The notes under the pieces were generated by a model. The model was not told where the DNA came from. It did no database searches and saw only the letters and a program-made list of their open reading frames with translations. Shown one piece after another: positions 22,901 to 33,600 of a stretch of DNA of 64,000 nt. The DNA is from Mytilus edulis. Taxonomy: Eukaryota. The stretch's first letter is position 1, and each line of letters begins with the position of its first letter. The translations under genes and the position numbers were made by a program. The stretch covers positions 95,542,001 through 95,606,000 of the forward strand of contig NC_092344.1 of NCBI RefSeq assembly GCF_963676685.1. The letters run 5' to 3'.

Positions 22901-25900
22901 AATAATCTGGTCATTAGCTGTAACATGATTAGGGCTGTTTGCTAAATGATACAAGAAGATAATAAAATGTAAATTAGAAGATACATAAACTAAAAGATAA
23001 AATATGTTCATTGCTTTACGCCTTAGAAAGTACCGTAACCAACTAGAATATGTAGCAATATGATCTCATTAATGTCATTCAGTGATACAAAATCCAAGAA
23101 ACATCAGTTAACGGATTATAAATATGAACATTGAACTAGAGGCTCTAAAAAGCTTGTGTCGCTCATCAAGGTCTATGTTCAACTTCAACGATGAAATGTG
23201 TCCCACTATTGTGATCAGTAACTGAAACTTCTTTTTTGTTGATCTTAAAATTGAGAATGGAAATGGGGAATATGTCAAAGCGACAACAACCCGACCATTG
23301 AACAGACAACAGCTGAAGGCCACCAACTCCCGCACCTTGTAAAAGCTAACATATATTTTTGTCACTGTCTTCTATAGTTTTCGCCAAAAACACAAAAAAT
23401 GAGTAAATTATATGTAAGTATTACATGTATAAGAAGACAAATAGACAATTTTATCTATGCTGACTTATTATTTATCTATCTTTTATTGTTTTCAAGGTAC
23501 TGAACTAAGTGTTAGGAAAAACACATTACAATTATCTTTTAAGGGTAGTAACTCCAATAAAAAGTTGACCAACGATTTCCACAAATTCTACTTATTTGTA
23601 GATCTTGCCTCCTTGTGGATAATTTTTAAGCCACAAAAATTATTCACAAGAATGCAAAATCTCTTTTTTTCTTATAGTTTCAAAAACAATGGGCAATAAC
23701 ACAAATCATAAGTTTAACAGTTAATCAATGGCTACAACTCCTGCAAAAATCGACTGATGATTTTCGTTTAAAAGCAATTACATGTAAATAGACATTTGTT
23801 ATGGTAGATCTTGGTAGATTTAATTATTCTCAACATTAATACGTTTGTCAGATTTCTCTAACAATAGCGGTTTTCAAGGGAAAACAATCAAAACTTGCAT
23901 GTTACACTGAAATTGTTCTATTTCTTGTCATTTCGACCATGTTGGTTGGAAACATTCGTATTTAAAAAGATACACCAAAACGATACACCAAAGATGAGTG
24001 GCTCCATTTGACCCAGTAGTTTCAGAGGTGAAGAATATTTTGTAAAATTACTGAACGACGACGACAGAATGCAACTTGTGAATGCAACGTTCACACTGGC
24101 CCTTATGGTTAGGTGAGCTATATTTAATGATGTGTCAACATATTTTATTATATTTAGCAATATCGAAAACATTTGATTTCATTAAACATTTGTAAAATAT
24201 TGAAAACATGATACCGACCTAGATTAATTTGTTACAGCATTAAAATATACAGGTTTTTTTCTCCATAGAAATGCTGATTTTATCTGGATCATGTGATAAA
24301 TTTTATCTTTTGATAAACACAAAAGATTTTGATATTGTGAATTATAATGAAACATCCACCTTTTTAAAAAGAAATGACCTTGCTTATGAAAGACAGACAA
24401 AAATATACCGTTGAAAACCGCCCTACTTCTGTGCACGTGTTATCTGTCATTTAAGTTGACATGTTTACAATCTAAGATAACATTCAGCTAAATGTTACAT
24501 GTGACGATATAAAAAAAAACCACATTTTCTGATATTCTCTTTAAACGATGGTCGTATCACTTACTCGAAATAAATATTGATAAATCGTTTTACCATCATA
24601 ATTGTTGAATTTTCTAAACATATGAAGTGGCCAATTTAAGAATTCAGAGACTGGTCTTACATGTGGACACAAAAAATCATGTTCATGCTCAGTGAGACTT
24701 ACAGTCAATTACTGCTTCAAAAAAATGTCAAAAGAAAATGGTTGTAAAAGTACTATCACACATGACGACTAACAATACTAAGGAGTATGAAACTTTCAAG
24801 AAAATGGTTTCAAACGAGAGTTGTTGTTTTTTCCGTACAAATGGCAAATCAGTTATCAAAGTCCACAAGTCTTACATAAAAAAATAAATGTCCATTTAAA
24901 AACGTACAAATGTAATAATAAATAAACTCATCATAGATAGTATATACGCCAGACGCGTTTCGTCTACAAAAGACTTATCAGTAACGCTCGAATCCAAAAA
25001 AGTTATAAAGGCAAAATAAAGTACGAAGTTGAAGAGCATTGAGAACCAAAATTCCTAAAAGTTTTGCCAAATACAGCTAAGGTGATCTATGCCTGAGGTA
25101 GAAAAATAATCTACACTCAAGTACAAAAATGTCCTAAAAATTTTCAAAGCTTTCTGATGTATGGATTCAGAATATTTCCCGAAATGTCAATAAAAGACAT
25201 TAATTGGCCACAGCAAAAAAAAATCAAATTAAATAAGCGGTAAGTTTTTTTCCAACTATACATGGAGGATAACGGTATCAGAGGGGTATCGTTCACTATG
25301 TGTCATCATGATGCAACAGAGTGAAAATGGTCAAAGTACTATAACCTTATTGTCAAAGCAAAAATACATGAAGTCCGTAACAAACAATACTACCAGACTT
25401 CCGGCAATAGGGTTTTGGGTAATAGTGCGACATGTTAGACAAGGAAGATAAAGGTATACAATACCAAAATACAGAAGAGCATGATAATAAAATTGAGAAT
25501 GGAAATGGGGAATGTGTCAAAGAGACAACAACCCGACCAAAATAAAAAAAAACACAACAGCAGAAGGTCACCAACAGGTCTTCAATGTAGCGAAAAATTC
25601 CCGCACCCGGAGGCGTCCTTCAGCTGGCCCCTAAACAAATATATACTAGTTCAGTGATAATGAACGCCATACTAATTTCCAAATTGTACACAAGAAACTA
25701 AAATTTAAATAATAAGTATGCCTTTCAACATTAGAAAAGTATCAGTCGGTGAATAGAAACACAGATAGTGTACTCGGTGATATTAGTTAAAGAACAATTT
25801 ATAGACTTTGATAATGACATACCACAAAAATTATACACGCAAACCTCATTTAGTAACTTTTTTTTTTTTTTTAGTTTTTTAATAAAATTATTTTTATTAA

Positions 25901-26960
25901 CCTGTGTAAGTTAGTTTCTTTGGCGGCATTATGTCCAAGGTTATGGTGTCTTTCTTGTATTGCTTTCCATCTAACCCCTTGTTTTATTAGTTTTGTATTA
26001 ACATTGTGTCATAGATCTTTATTCGTTCAGTGTATGTTCACTTGTTTTTTGTTAATATGTCTTTTGATTGAGTTAAGCCGTTTCAATTCATATTTTTAAG
26101 TGTGTCTTTCTATGTTGTGATGTTACACCATTGTTTCAGGTTGGATGAAGGTTGTCGTCTATTAAAACGTTTAAACCCGCTGCATTTGTTTGCACCTGTC
26201 AGGAATTTGATGTTCACTGGTTGTCGTTTGTTGATGTGATTCTCGTTTCTCGTTTTTTTAATATATTAGACCGTTGTTGTTCCTGTTTTAATGGTTTTAC
26301 ACTAGTCGATTTTGTGACTTTTTATAGCTTGCTGTTCGGTGTGAACGGTTGCTCCGTGTTGAAAGCTCTACTTTGACCTATAACGTTTTACTTACAAATT
26401 GTGATTTTGATGGGGAGTTGTCCCATTGGCACTCATACAACATTTTATAACCATTGTTCACGCATATCTAAGAAGTTTAATCGATCAGTTTGACCAAATT
26501 AAAACGGAAAACCACCAAAAACTTCCCAAGCGTACACAGTGAAGTATACTGTAAATTCAGATATTATTGCGTGCATTTATTACTGCGATTTTTCAAGAAT
26601 GGACAAGATGCGAGTTTTATTATTGCGATGTTTGCGATTTCAATAATAAAAAAATACATGACAGGGTTACGTTTCAGTTTAGTTTTCAGAATGACAGTTC
26701 TTATTATTGCGATACTCTACCAGTAGCATTTTTCGCATAGATAAAAACCTCGCAATAATTTCTTAATTTCTGAATTTACATCAATGTATAGCATAAAACG
26801 TTTTACTATCATTTAATGTATTTTTGACAACGTACTTTTATCCAAAAAAAAAAAAGAAGCCCAATCAAATCTCGTGAAATAAACAATACCTACGATATCT
26901 ACATGCTGGGAAAATATTTGACATCGTCGTCGTCGCAAGTACTAAGAATTGACATATCAT
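4764..26960 (-). CDS. Spliced class I cytokine receptor gene, gp130/Domeless-like (ectodomain ~584 aa reconstructed; 3' end unresolved)
   Basis: Hand-assembled exons with GT-AG sites and matching phases: 26960-26894, 22941-22657, 19839-19725, 19068-18839, 18179-18028, 17752-17593, 9242-9169, 8265-8052, 7468-7314, 6707-6557, 4913-4764. Motifs: C-x9-C-x-W (CILKSDSTLHCNW), AQNLWG, degenerate WSxWS (AYWSPG), FN3 repeats, and Domeless-like YWC..C and QFGVA...GMVWA. Confidence 0.85.
5020..5720 (+). mobile_element. Retrozyme-like repeat, partial tandem dimer (unit ~358 nt)
   Basis: Two collinear units; hammerhead cleavage positions at 5315 (core partly deleted) and 5673. Confidence 0.8.
5636..5679 (+). 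ncRNA. Type I hammerhead ribozyme, core intact
   Basis: gcatca-CTGATGA-gtct tttgt agac-GAAAC-gcgc-GTC-tggcgt; predicted cut after 5673; one stem I mismatch. Confidence 0.85.
6557..6707 (-). CDS. Cytokine receptor exon, FN3 with Domeless-like GMVWA motif
   Basis: HWQFGVALKDRPGMVWARQSCIF; gtaagt donor. Confidence 0.85.
7314..7468 (-). CDS. Cytokine receptor exon, FN3
   Basis: ...TTLYWCRGIVSMSGNVMCQ; cag acceptor, gtaaat donor. Confidence 0.8.
7670..7801 (-). repeat. Truncated retrozyme-like fragment
   Basis: Matches 62600-62740; hammerhead truncated and mutated. Confidence 0.7.
8052..8265 (-). CDS. Cytokine receptor exon, FN3
   Basis: RGLVIGYQV...HTVYIFARNINGTS; gtgagt donor. Confidence 0.85.
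9169..9242 (-). CDS. Cytokine receptor exon, FN3
   Basis: RPLVGPELETNSFICINNSILLYFK; phases fit both neighbouring exons. Confidence 0.8.
9804..10943 (+). CDS. Tx1 ORF1, gag-like nucleic-acid-binding protein with three CCHC zinc knuckles (N-terminus truncated)
   Basis: Frame open from the first element base (LREVKPIFILEQD) with no ATG; three C-x2-C-x4-H-x4-C motifs; Ser/acidic then Lys-rich tail. Confidence 0.9.
   Translation, partial: LREVKPIFILEQDLFGSNKPSQDQYLTHLELYRSVEHLVDPSHLKALQRVRGLWRLYFDNQEDRDKTLTNGLVIRKKLIQTYARNPKTAENEDPNNVRVRIKNIPCSADDGQIQRALEFNHCVVHTLFRERLRVDGRVTNCQTGDRIAICDPIPNPLPKTLFIGKYKAVVLHRGQVDTRTNIKCNKCLQEGHKSYECPNDWVCRTCGGSGHKASYCFTCPDDWVCQTCGKSGHTAKYCNADSDSSSEDSQSESESDSDIPTHPESCQKDASQTTQAAEAEQKTPSFTFNKQASNNLENHSNLSEKKEQRHVKKAKRAKNKKDKQNSNKDQPSMERFLAEAFRTPSNKTNEEKKTRTKQTASTPTDELHKREEPVKKTKS
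10980..11879 (+). CDS. Tx1 accessory ORF, 299 aa, unknown function (hydrophobic N-terminus, ~15 Cys)
   Basis: Stop-free for 311 codons (10944-11876) in very AT-rich DNA, filling the ORF1-ORF2 gap almost exactly; no recognised domain. Confidence 0.6.
   Translation: MCFKLYILYIFLCLLCTINIDCVYQVNKIVICECDVYIVDSIHSKEKYQNSCLFKNVVNTAYMKLFVNEKCIDYEYKGGKSSWIKNIVPCTSKTNENCLIGWSTKLTKCSIHRHTLILCHNIFLESSKKQPVLKYKSTVSVNDNLPMFFSSGYEHISTQLFFININETAKNIQLFLNLDITHFFVVHIFPELSTSSKVIWLTTFCDTINSISVKKYKSCKYKRTTRAIKITVNDNANVYKIQDVFRKSVMKLKIEINFTCAIYRSKNNYMFIWVTIHRTGLYILLDLNKSFKRSTIKLL
11887..15681 (+). CDS. Tx1 ORF2, APE endonuclease + reverse transcriptase + C-terminal zinc finger (1264 aa)
   Basis: SLNCQG, QETH, YAPN, GGDMN, SRIDF, TDH; PGKDG, YRPITLLN, DFSKAFD, RQGCPLS, QLADD; CELC-x7-H-x4-C. 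Confidence 0.97.
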   Translation: MKTKNFHICSLNCQGLARKEKRFRLFSWFQQQKCDILMAQETHLSKDLIKQINNEFHGKHLHSLGTTNSRGVSYFINKSLDFKLINEFCDKEGRIIIINIEIQDKIFTLVNLYAPNEVHARNQFYKKVSKLIEEHTLGALIVGGDMNDLLSALDTKNNKLHKKLKKPVNGLKQLIKTHKLIDIWRQLNKDKKQFTWKRKNSTNEASRIDFFIICTQARLSTVSADIRPAQISFTDHQAISLKLDIYANNRGKGYFKMNNSILTDTQYNKLINKLIEKYEQNFNLTNVLNQWDLLKTDIRESTIQYCKSKARERKNNILIMENKLNLLNERLDKLPDRKNNELFNQIKNLEKDLEEIYSLKAKGAQVRSRIKWVEEGEKNTKYFLSLEKNRQAKKSINKLMTKTGEVTVDQSEILDVSKEYYKSLYKSTCPETEILKTYIENTPIDHSLTPCESKQVDGKLTLEELTSSIYNMKLNKTPGKDGLTVEFYRQFWPNLKHIVLNVSNTCYDNETLSETQKIGIISLIFKKNDPLSLDNYRPITLLNTDVKLITYTLAQRLKKILPLIIHRDQNGYVKNRYIGFNVRQIQDIIDYAENFNIDGAILFIDFSKAFDSLEWDFMLESLKKFGFNKSFQKWVKTLYHDIKGCILNNGWISETFGIQRGIRQGCPLSALLFVLSVEILACRIRDNNDLKGIQIKIDKNTHSLKISQLADDTTLFLRSKNEIKNALNLIETFGSFSGLKLNRNKTEGIWLGKLKHCKDKFESINWKDTVKSLGIYFGLNKKECETINIERQFEKSERILNDWKKRKLSMIGKITIIKTLVIPNITYVASLINLSSEIISQFKKILFNFLWEGGSEKVKRSVLRKDYIEGGLKMTDIDAYIEAIKINWVKRLTDETCANWKIIPTFYFREFGENNLIFKMNLNTHKSLENLKNLPTFYFEILKCWIKNGGGKTKVPDNYRDIRKQVIWGNQYIKTGGKSLYYSNWVKENIIFVNDVIDDKGEISHKILDKLKKKQNWISEICSLRKALPKSWIQKLKSNISKHTKINITQDIKMLSNGLYYDLDKIKFKEIYNIIIRSNKELPVGFCSWKNQLSGENVIYFIKKNLSFTFLFLKDNRLKMFRWKLLHNILAINHNLYRWKVVNSENCELCSKSDSYNHFFFECTWVKNYWTFLHKIFMYLNIGQHVFCLQNLVVGYKIEDVDYHVLNHIITIVCFVIYKCFYLSEKRTKYVNMMSVLKNEIDTQILYHPENSFLRKFQRKILEN
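16400..17465 (+). mobile_element. Degenerate Penelope-like element (RT C-terminal half plus 3' region)
   Basis: Frameshifted GIPMGTNCAPLLA, FSYTDSVLSLNN (decayed YIDD), SYLELHL, RDDFSFLIVNFPF, PAYGVNISQLIR. Confidence 0.85.
17593..17752 (-). CDS. Cytokine receptor exon, FN3 second half with WSxWS-like site
   Basis: MMPATQYIVQVQCKLSKSAYWSPGARSAIFSTKSD. Confidence 0.85.
18028..18179 (-). CDS. Cytokine receptor exon, FN3 first half
   Basis: LDPVKQLSVTTTVDTLKASWTMP...; gtaagt donor. The acceptor could lie 9 nt further in. Confidence 0.8.
18839..19068 (-). CDS. Cytokine receptor exon, Cys-rich second half of the first cytokine-binding domain
   Basis: Open 230-nt exon ending LSFHAQNLWGEIKFNRSIYIQENI; phase 2 in, phase 1 out. 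Confidence 0.85.
19725..19839 (-). CDS. Cytokine receptor exon, start of cytokine-binding module (C-x9-C-x-W)
   Basis: EKPQDMITVECILKSDSTLHCNWSSDDDCIQWSVKYSS; ttttag acceptor, gtaagg donor. Confidence 0.85.
20463..22177. mobile_element. PIF/Harbinger-type MITE with nested insertion
   Basis: ~47-bp TIR agcctcggtcacaccttaccggatagc..; TTA TSD at 20460-20462 and 22178-22180; many tccgtt/aacgga subterminal motifs. Confidence 0.85.
20556..21286 (+). mobile_element. Composite non-autonomous repeat (decayed retrozyme 5' part plus common interspersed repeat) nested in the MITE
   Basis: Flanked by cttat at 20551-20555 and 21287-21291; decayed hammerhead near 20686-20730; 3' hairpin aacag..ctgtt. Confidence 0.6.
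22657..22941 (-). CDS. Cytokine receptor exon, N-terminal Ig-like domain
   Basis: Symmetric phase-1 exon of 285 nt; FKVTC...WYCC...VIVG. Confidence 0.85.
24920..25105 (-). repeat. Retrozyme-like fragment with mutated hammerhead (CTGATAA)
   Basis: Reverse complement similar to 5520-5720; G8A change at 24976. Confidence 0.8.
25488..25715 (+). repeat. Interspersed repeat family B (aaaattgagaatggaaatggggaatgtgtcaaagagacaac...)
   Basis: Further copies at ~23246-23335, 33520-33625, 57178-57305 (+) and 52570-52680 (-). Confidence 0.8.
26894..26960 (-). CDS. Cytokine receptor first coding exon, putative signal peptide MICQFLVLATTTMSNIFPACRY
   Basis: Acceptor ttttttcag before 27039, donor gtagg after 26894; phase 1 matches the next exon. 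Confidence 0.6.
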
Positions 26961-29900
26961 ATTTCCGATAGCATATTCTAAATAGTGTCAGTGGTTCATC
27001 GTTATCGTTCATTGACATCATTTGCCATACCTTTAGGTTCTGAAAAAAAAAAATACAGTCATGTTCATGATATGTAAAATGAAAAGGCTTATGGGATGTA
27101 AAATTATTATATTGGTTCGCATCACGGTGCGGACTATTAGTTTCATACGATATTCACGCCATCTTGAAATTAGGACTTAACACATTTTGGCTCTGATTGG
27201 TTGCCTTAAGATGAAGCTAAAATTCGATTGGCTAGAATGAGATGTAAAAACCTAGAAGGTACATCCACAGCACAATATTCGATTTTAGTATGGTTATACA
27301 AGACCCGATCAACCAAGTATCTATGGATTCATATTGGCATATTTTATGATATTGTGAGATACTCCGTACTTTTTAGAGAGGTTTTAGACATGAAAATGTA
27401 CTACTTTCCACTTATAGATGACGCATCAGTCCCTTGAAACCAACTATATAGAACATTTAAACTTGAAATGTCGCAAATTATTATTAAGACTGTATATAAG
27501 TATTAATTAATGTTACTTGTCTTATCAGGAGTTTACCAATCATCTGTTGCATTAAAAATGTCAAAGGGTTTTAATCAGGCTCCGGGTTTTAAAGGTACAT
27601 CCTTTATCGTTCAAAAGGTAACTCCAGATCTCTTTTGTTGGATAATTTTATAATAAGATATGGGTTTTCGAAGTATAATTCATATAAATTGAAATGAGGG
27701 ATCAAAATTCAATTCATATATATATATTGGAAAGGAGGGATCTACATACATAGAACAAATCTTGCATTGAAAACAAAAATGTGTAAGAGCATCAACAATA
27801 TGAGACCAACGTTCCTGTTTTATCAATGACACCCGATGTGACTCAATTTTCGCATTCCTACCTAGTCAACAAAATTGACTGATTTTCGATGATAACATAC
27901 ACACACAAAGATCATAACATTTAACAAGTACAAGGTCATACAAGCAACATCATTTTGACTCAAAGTATATCGTATTTTGTTAAAATGGCAACATGTTTAC
28001 ATAGAAATAATCTTGAGTTTCTCCATTTCAGAAAAAAGATGTAATTCTACTTTGTAAAAATGAATTAAAATGTGTACTTACTGTGCACACCTATGTCACA
28101 TTGTGAATTAAAGGGATTTCCAAAATTGTTAACCTGTATTATTATGATTATTTTATCAACTTAGATAAAAAGAAGATTAGCCGCACCTAAAACAGATCAT
28201 ATCGTTTATAAATGTTTTTGAACATAATAATTTTCGATACCAGGAAACAAAAGACTTATTATATCAGGTCTTTTCAAGCTTTAAAAAGGGCTCTTTTTGA
28301 CCTGAAAATCGGAAGTGTCATGAAATATTTATATATATATGTATATAACAATAAAAGAGATGTATGTGCCATATTTTAGATTATTGTTTTTCAATATATT
28401 AAGCCACAGCTTTTTCATAGTAGAGAAATAGCATAAATCTACGAAATATTCCCAAAAATGCATTAGTTTGAGTATTTATGCGAGCAAGTGAAACACATTG
28501 GCAATATCGAACACGTGACGGTGCAAGTAAATATTAGCACGTGTCAATAAAATTTCAGAGGCTTAACCATAAAATCTGTAAAGACAATTTACAAGAGTGA
28601 TCACAATCGATATGGCATTCACAATAAAATGGGTAAAATATGCAGATGCACTTAAGGATTACAAATATGCAACGTTATTTGCAGGATCTAGCTCATATCG
28701 GGTAGATTTATAGAATTAGCACAGCTTCACATATTCGAAGAATCAAATGAACATTGCTTTATAGTAGCGATCTTCGGCCTTTCAATGGTTTTCAACTGCT
28801 ATCCTGCAATGGCGATAACGCCTTCAAGTTCATAGCGTGAATGACCGATAGTTTTATAAAATCTGTTGAACAGTAATGTATATATACTCTACAAATATTT
28901 GAGTTAACTTTTACCCTGTAACCCTCATTTTAAAGTTTCTGTCTATCGAGCCAAAATGCAAAATAAAATAAAAAGGGTAAAGATCATCATTTCAAAATAT
29001 ATAATTTGGAAACTCGACAATTACGCCTATAAAAAGACGTCTGATAGTTTTGGTGAAAACAGAATTTTACAATTATGTGTTGTTTCCCAATAATTGTTCA
29101 CTTTTTCCACATTGAGACTTACATGGAAAGTTGTCTCATTGCACTCATACCACATCTACGTTACGTATATCTAAGTAGGTAGATTACAAACGATCTGAAC
29201 TTTTTTGCTCCGATCGGATTTTCTCTATCCATAGCAGTTTTCGATTTAAAACACAAAACTAGCATTTCACCCCTATGTGTTAAACTAGACACGTCAGCAA
29301 TGTTGGTTGGTAGGCGGGATCGTCGGACATATTTCTAAAAGCTGATACCCCGATGAGAATTGCTGCAATTTTGGTTAAATTTGATCCAGTAGTTTCAGAA
29401 GAGAAAATTTATGAAAAGTAAATGAATGGAAGCGACGAGTTATAGACGCAAAAATGACGATAATAGCATTTTTGTTGAAATCTCGTCCTTTATTTATAAA
29501 ACTTAACACGTTTTTATTACTTATAAAAACCATCCTGTATTTCAGGCGAAGTAAATAACAGTTCAATGTCATAACTTACGATTGTTATCATAACTGTTTT
29601 AAACGATGACGTGTATTTTCAAAATTTAAAGGTTATATTTTTAATATTATAGCTGTAAATATTATTTTACTTAAATGCCAAAAACTGTAAATTTTTGTGA
29701 CAATAAAGCAATTGAATTGATTTGATTTTAATCCAAAGTCCAAATGATACGTTAATCGGACATTCCAGGTGTTAAATCAATATATGTCCGTGTGACAGGA
29801 AGGGGATGAAGCGTAAAAAATATTTACAATTTACAGAGCTGTAGAACAGAAGATATGGTATGATTGCCAATGAGACAACTCTCCACAAGAGACCAAAATG

Positions 29901-30459
29901 ATACAGAAATTAACAGCTATTTTAACGCCACTGAATACTATACTATCTGAGACTCGAGAATGGATGTGTCTGTATCTTCACGTTATCTTAATGTTTAGTT
30001 TGCTGTTCTAGTTATAATAATCCAAAACCAAGCATTTAGCCAAATCGACCTCTTCCATAGTTTCTTTTTTCAAATTGGGTGTCTTTCTTGTGCCATGTTA
30101 CCAGCATCTTACCAGGAACACATATTTTGTTAATATTATTGTCTGAAAATATAAAATAATATTATATTATATTGCAAAACTATTTGGATTTAAAATCACT
30201 TAAAGAAATATAAAGAAGTTAAAGTCAGTTATTTACACTTGATTTAAAGTCTCATAAATATGGGATCACGTTTTACCATTGACGCGTTATTAAGTAAGCA
30301 ATGGATAATCCTAAGCTTCAAAATTATTATTACATAACATCTTTAAATATCTTATGGCACTTCACATATAGATTTAAGTCAATCTTTCAAATTCTTGTGC
30401 TTGCTGCTTAATTGTAATTGTGTACTGTAAAAAACTGTAATTTCATATTTTGTTCCATA

Positions 30460-30696
30460 ATGGCCGACAAAAGTTTGTGGGATTCCTTCATTCCAAAAGC
30501 AAAAGTAATCGGTAGTTTTGCAAGACATTGTAAAGATCACAAAAAGGAACGTGCCGAACTGATAAAATTTGTTGAACACATGGTGGAAGATTTGAAAGAA
30601 GACGAAGAAGATATAGACATAACGGAGCGGTATCAGTTTAGAGTACGAAAACTATCTGTGGTACCAGCGCCAAAAACTAGAGACGTAGAATACACG
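30460..30696 (+). CDS. PHF24: PHF24-like exon 1
   Basis: ATG at 30460 (ataATGg), donor gtagg at 30697. Confidence 0.8.
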
Positions 30697-33600
30697 GTAG
30701 GTTCAGCCAATTCATAATAACACTTGATATCTTTATTATGATTATTAGAAAAGACATTTAACAACATCAACTACAAAAACAAAATTATTTTTATATGTTT
30801 GTCTATTATGTATACTCACAGTTGAGAACAACTTTAAAATATATTACCATCTTCTCAGCAACGCATAAGATGCCAAGTAGAGGTATTCACTATTTTCTTT
30901 TCTATACATTTTGTTTATCATATCACGAGAATAAAGACGCAGTGGGTTGGAGGTAGGGTTGGGGAGGAGGTTGTAATTACAAAACCGACCAATATTCATG
31001 TGCATGTTCAAAGTAAGTCACATCGTCAGTGGTTGTTTTTCGTCTTTTTGTCATTTTAATGTATTTGATGTAGATGGTAGATCTTAAGATTGGCAGTCTC
31101 CATAAAATTTATACAACACTGTTTCCACCAAATGCATCACATACGATTAAGTCATTTGCTAGTTGTTGATGAAAGGATGTTGACCTATAATTTTTTTAAG
31201 TTTTTGTTGTGTCGTTGGTTCGCTGATTCCCGGATGCAGTACCTACAACTTCCAAAACCACGTTGAAAGCACAGAGTTGCTTCACAAAAGAATATAAAGA
31301 TTTCTACTGCAGTCTGGGATTATCAAGAGAATACAAAAGTCATTATGATTTAATATACCAAAATGTTAATGATGATTATTACTTACAGCTTAATAAGAAT
31401 GGTCACGATGAGTACTGTTTTGTTTGCGAAGAACCTTTTCCTCACTTTAGTAAGGAGGATGTATATCCTTGTCGCGTGTGTACCCGTGCCTTCCATAAAA
31501 AATGTGTAGAATTGTTGAGTGATTCAGAATGTTCCCAGTTTGACAAGGAAACCATGGATAGAAGACATACAAATAGTGGCTGGAGCTGTTATAAATGTGT
31601 AAGTACAAATAAATTTACTCACAAGTATTCATGTTCGGAGCTTTTTTGAATAACATTAAAATCAGCAATCTGGATACTGTATATTATTTAATTCTCAATT
31701 TCGTAGAGACAACAATTTGGATGGCAAGTCAAATATGTCAACACTTCATGGTCATTGACATTAAGTCTTAAAAATACAAACCTAATACAATATAATTTAA
31801 AATATATTTTCGGTTTATAAAGTTGAAACCTTCGTTTCATTAAAGACAGGAAATCTCTATAAACTGAAAATCAATTTGGCTACGACAACATGGCAGTTGC
31901 TACTAGGACCATCAATCTAAAAGTATGTACTTCTGGGGTGGGCACATTTACATTTTTCTGGGTAATTGTTAAATAAGGGACTTAAACTTAAAAATGCAGC
32001 ATACTTTGGAAAATAAATGATAGCAAAACACGCCAAGAACAGATGAAAACCAGCTATAAATTTTAAAATACGAAACAAAACAAATCGTATGGTATCGATT
32101 CTCGTGTGCACGACACGTGTTCCCGGAATAACCATTTTCATGTACATTCGAGACCAAATTTTGGAAGGCTAAAATTATATGTATTGAGTTTAAAGTACAA
32201 GCTTACAACTTATTACCAGGCATACATAACACAAAACCGGTGTTATTCTTGAAAAGGATATTCCTTTCTAGCATTTCTTGCAAACTATTAACATGTGTGT
32301 GTGTTTGATTTTGTATGTGTGTTTTATTTGTCGTTTGATTTTTTTACTCTCATTAACGTGAAACTAAAAAGGACCTTTCTTTTAATCAAGAATAAATAGT
32401 AATATTTCATCTACATTTAAAAATCAAATTATGTCTTAAATGCAGTATTAAGATAAGGAGATGTGGTATGATTGTCAATTATAAAAAAGTTCTGTTGCAT
32501 TCCAGGAATCGATACCGACTTTTATCTTGTCGATAATTAGTTGTATTGATCTATTATTGATAGCTTTAGAGTTTGGCACCGATCACATCAATTCCTATCT
32601 TTTAATATTTATATTTCCTCATTTTTCCCAGGTAAACTTATCTCATCTTCTAACAGACAAAGAAACCTCAACTCTTTTTGAGATATTTGATGAAATAGAC
32701 ACTAATGGCGGTAAGTATGCTTTTCATAGAAAAAATGGCATGGTTTTAAAGCGCAAAGATAATTGCATATTATGCTATATATACAATTCTAGACGATCAT
32801 ACTTTAGAATTTTTCAAGAATGATAAAATTGTAATCTTATATTTTCAAATGTTTAAGTTATAAAACTTAAATCTGTTCTTCAACTTTTACAATTGTATTG
32901 ATAATTAAACCTTCATGGAATTACATTGCATGTACTAAAATTATGAGTATATTACACACGATATTTTATAATTCAGATTCGTATATTTCGCAAGAAGAAT
33001 TTGTAAATTACAAAAATAAAACGGTTCACATGGCATCAACAGACAGCGGAAAACAACAAATCGTTTTACAGTTTAAAAAAATAGATACAGACAAAGATGG
33101 ACGTATAAATTGGTGGGAATTCCTCAGTCATGAATCTAGGTTATTTCTGGCAAAAAGACCAACGGTAAGTAAAGGTACTAGCATTGGTAAGAGATTTCAT
33201 ATCAGGAATTCATAAATTTGAGCTTGCTTTCAATAACTGCGGTGTTTTGACGTTGTTGTTGTTTTCACGCGACGTTCTTTAAGCATATTCAACCCTCCAG
33301 TTGTCTTTATTTACGCTGAATTACTCATATAACGGTAAAATCGTGGTTTTCCCTCAGTTATTCCAATTACTAGTACATTTCTTTCACTAATCATTTCCTA
33401 ATTTAGTGATCTTGATAGTGTTACTGTGTATCTTATATTAGAAAAATACGCTGTAAACGAAAACAAACAACTCAAAACTGGCAAAAAATTCACCTGAGTT
33501 TTTTTACAATGTCGAGTAGAGTGCGAATGGAAATTGGGAATGTGACAAAGAGATAACCCAACCAAAGAGCATAAAATAGCACGAGGCCACCAATAAGTCT

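Noticed and set aside
32120-32128. Perfect STAT-type site TTCCCGGAA
   Set aside because: A single 9-mer in a PHF24 intron about 5 kb from the receptor; no independent support.
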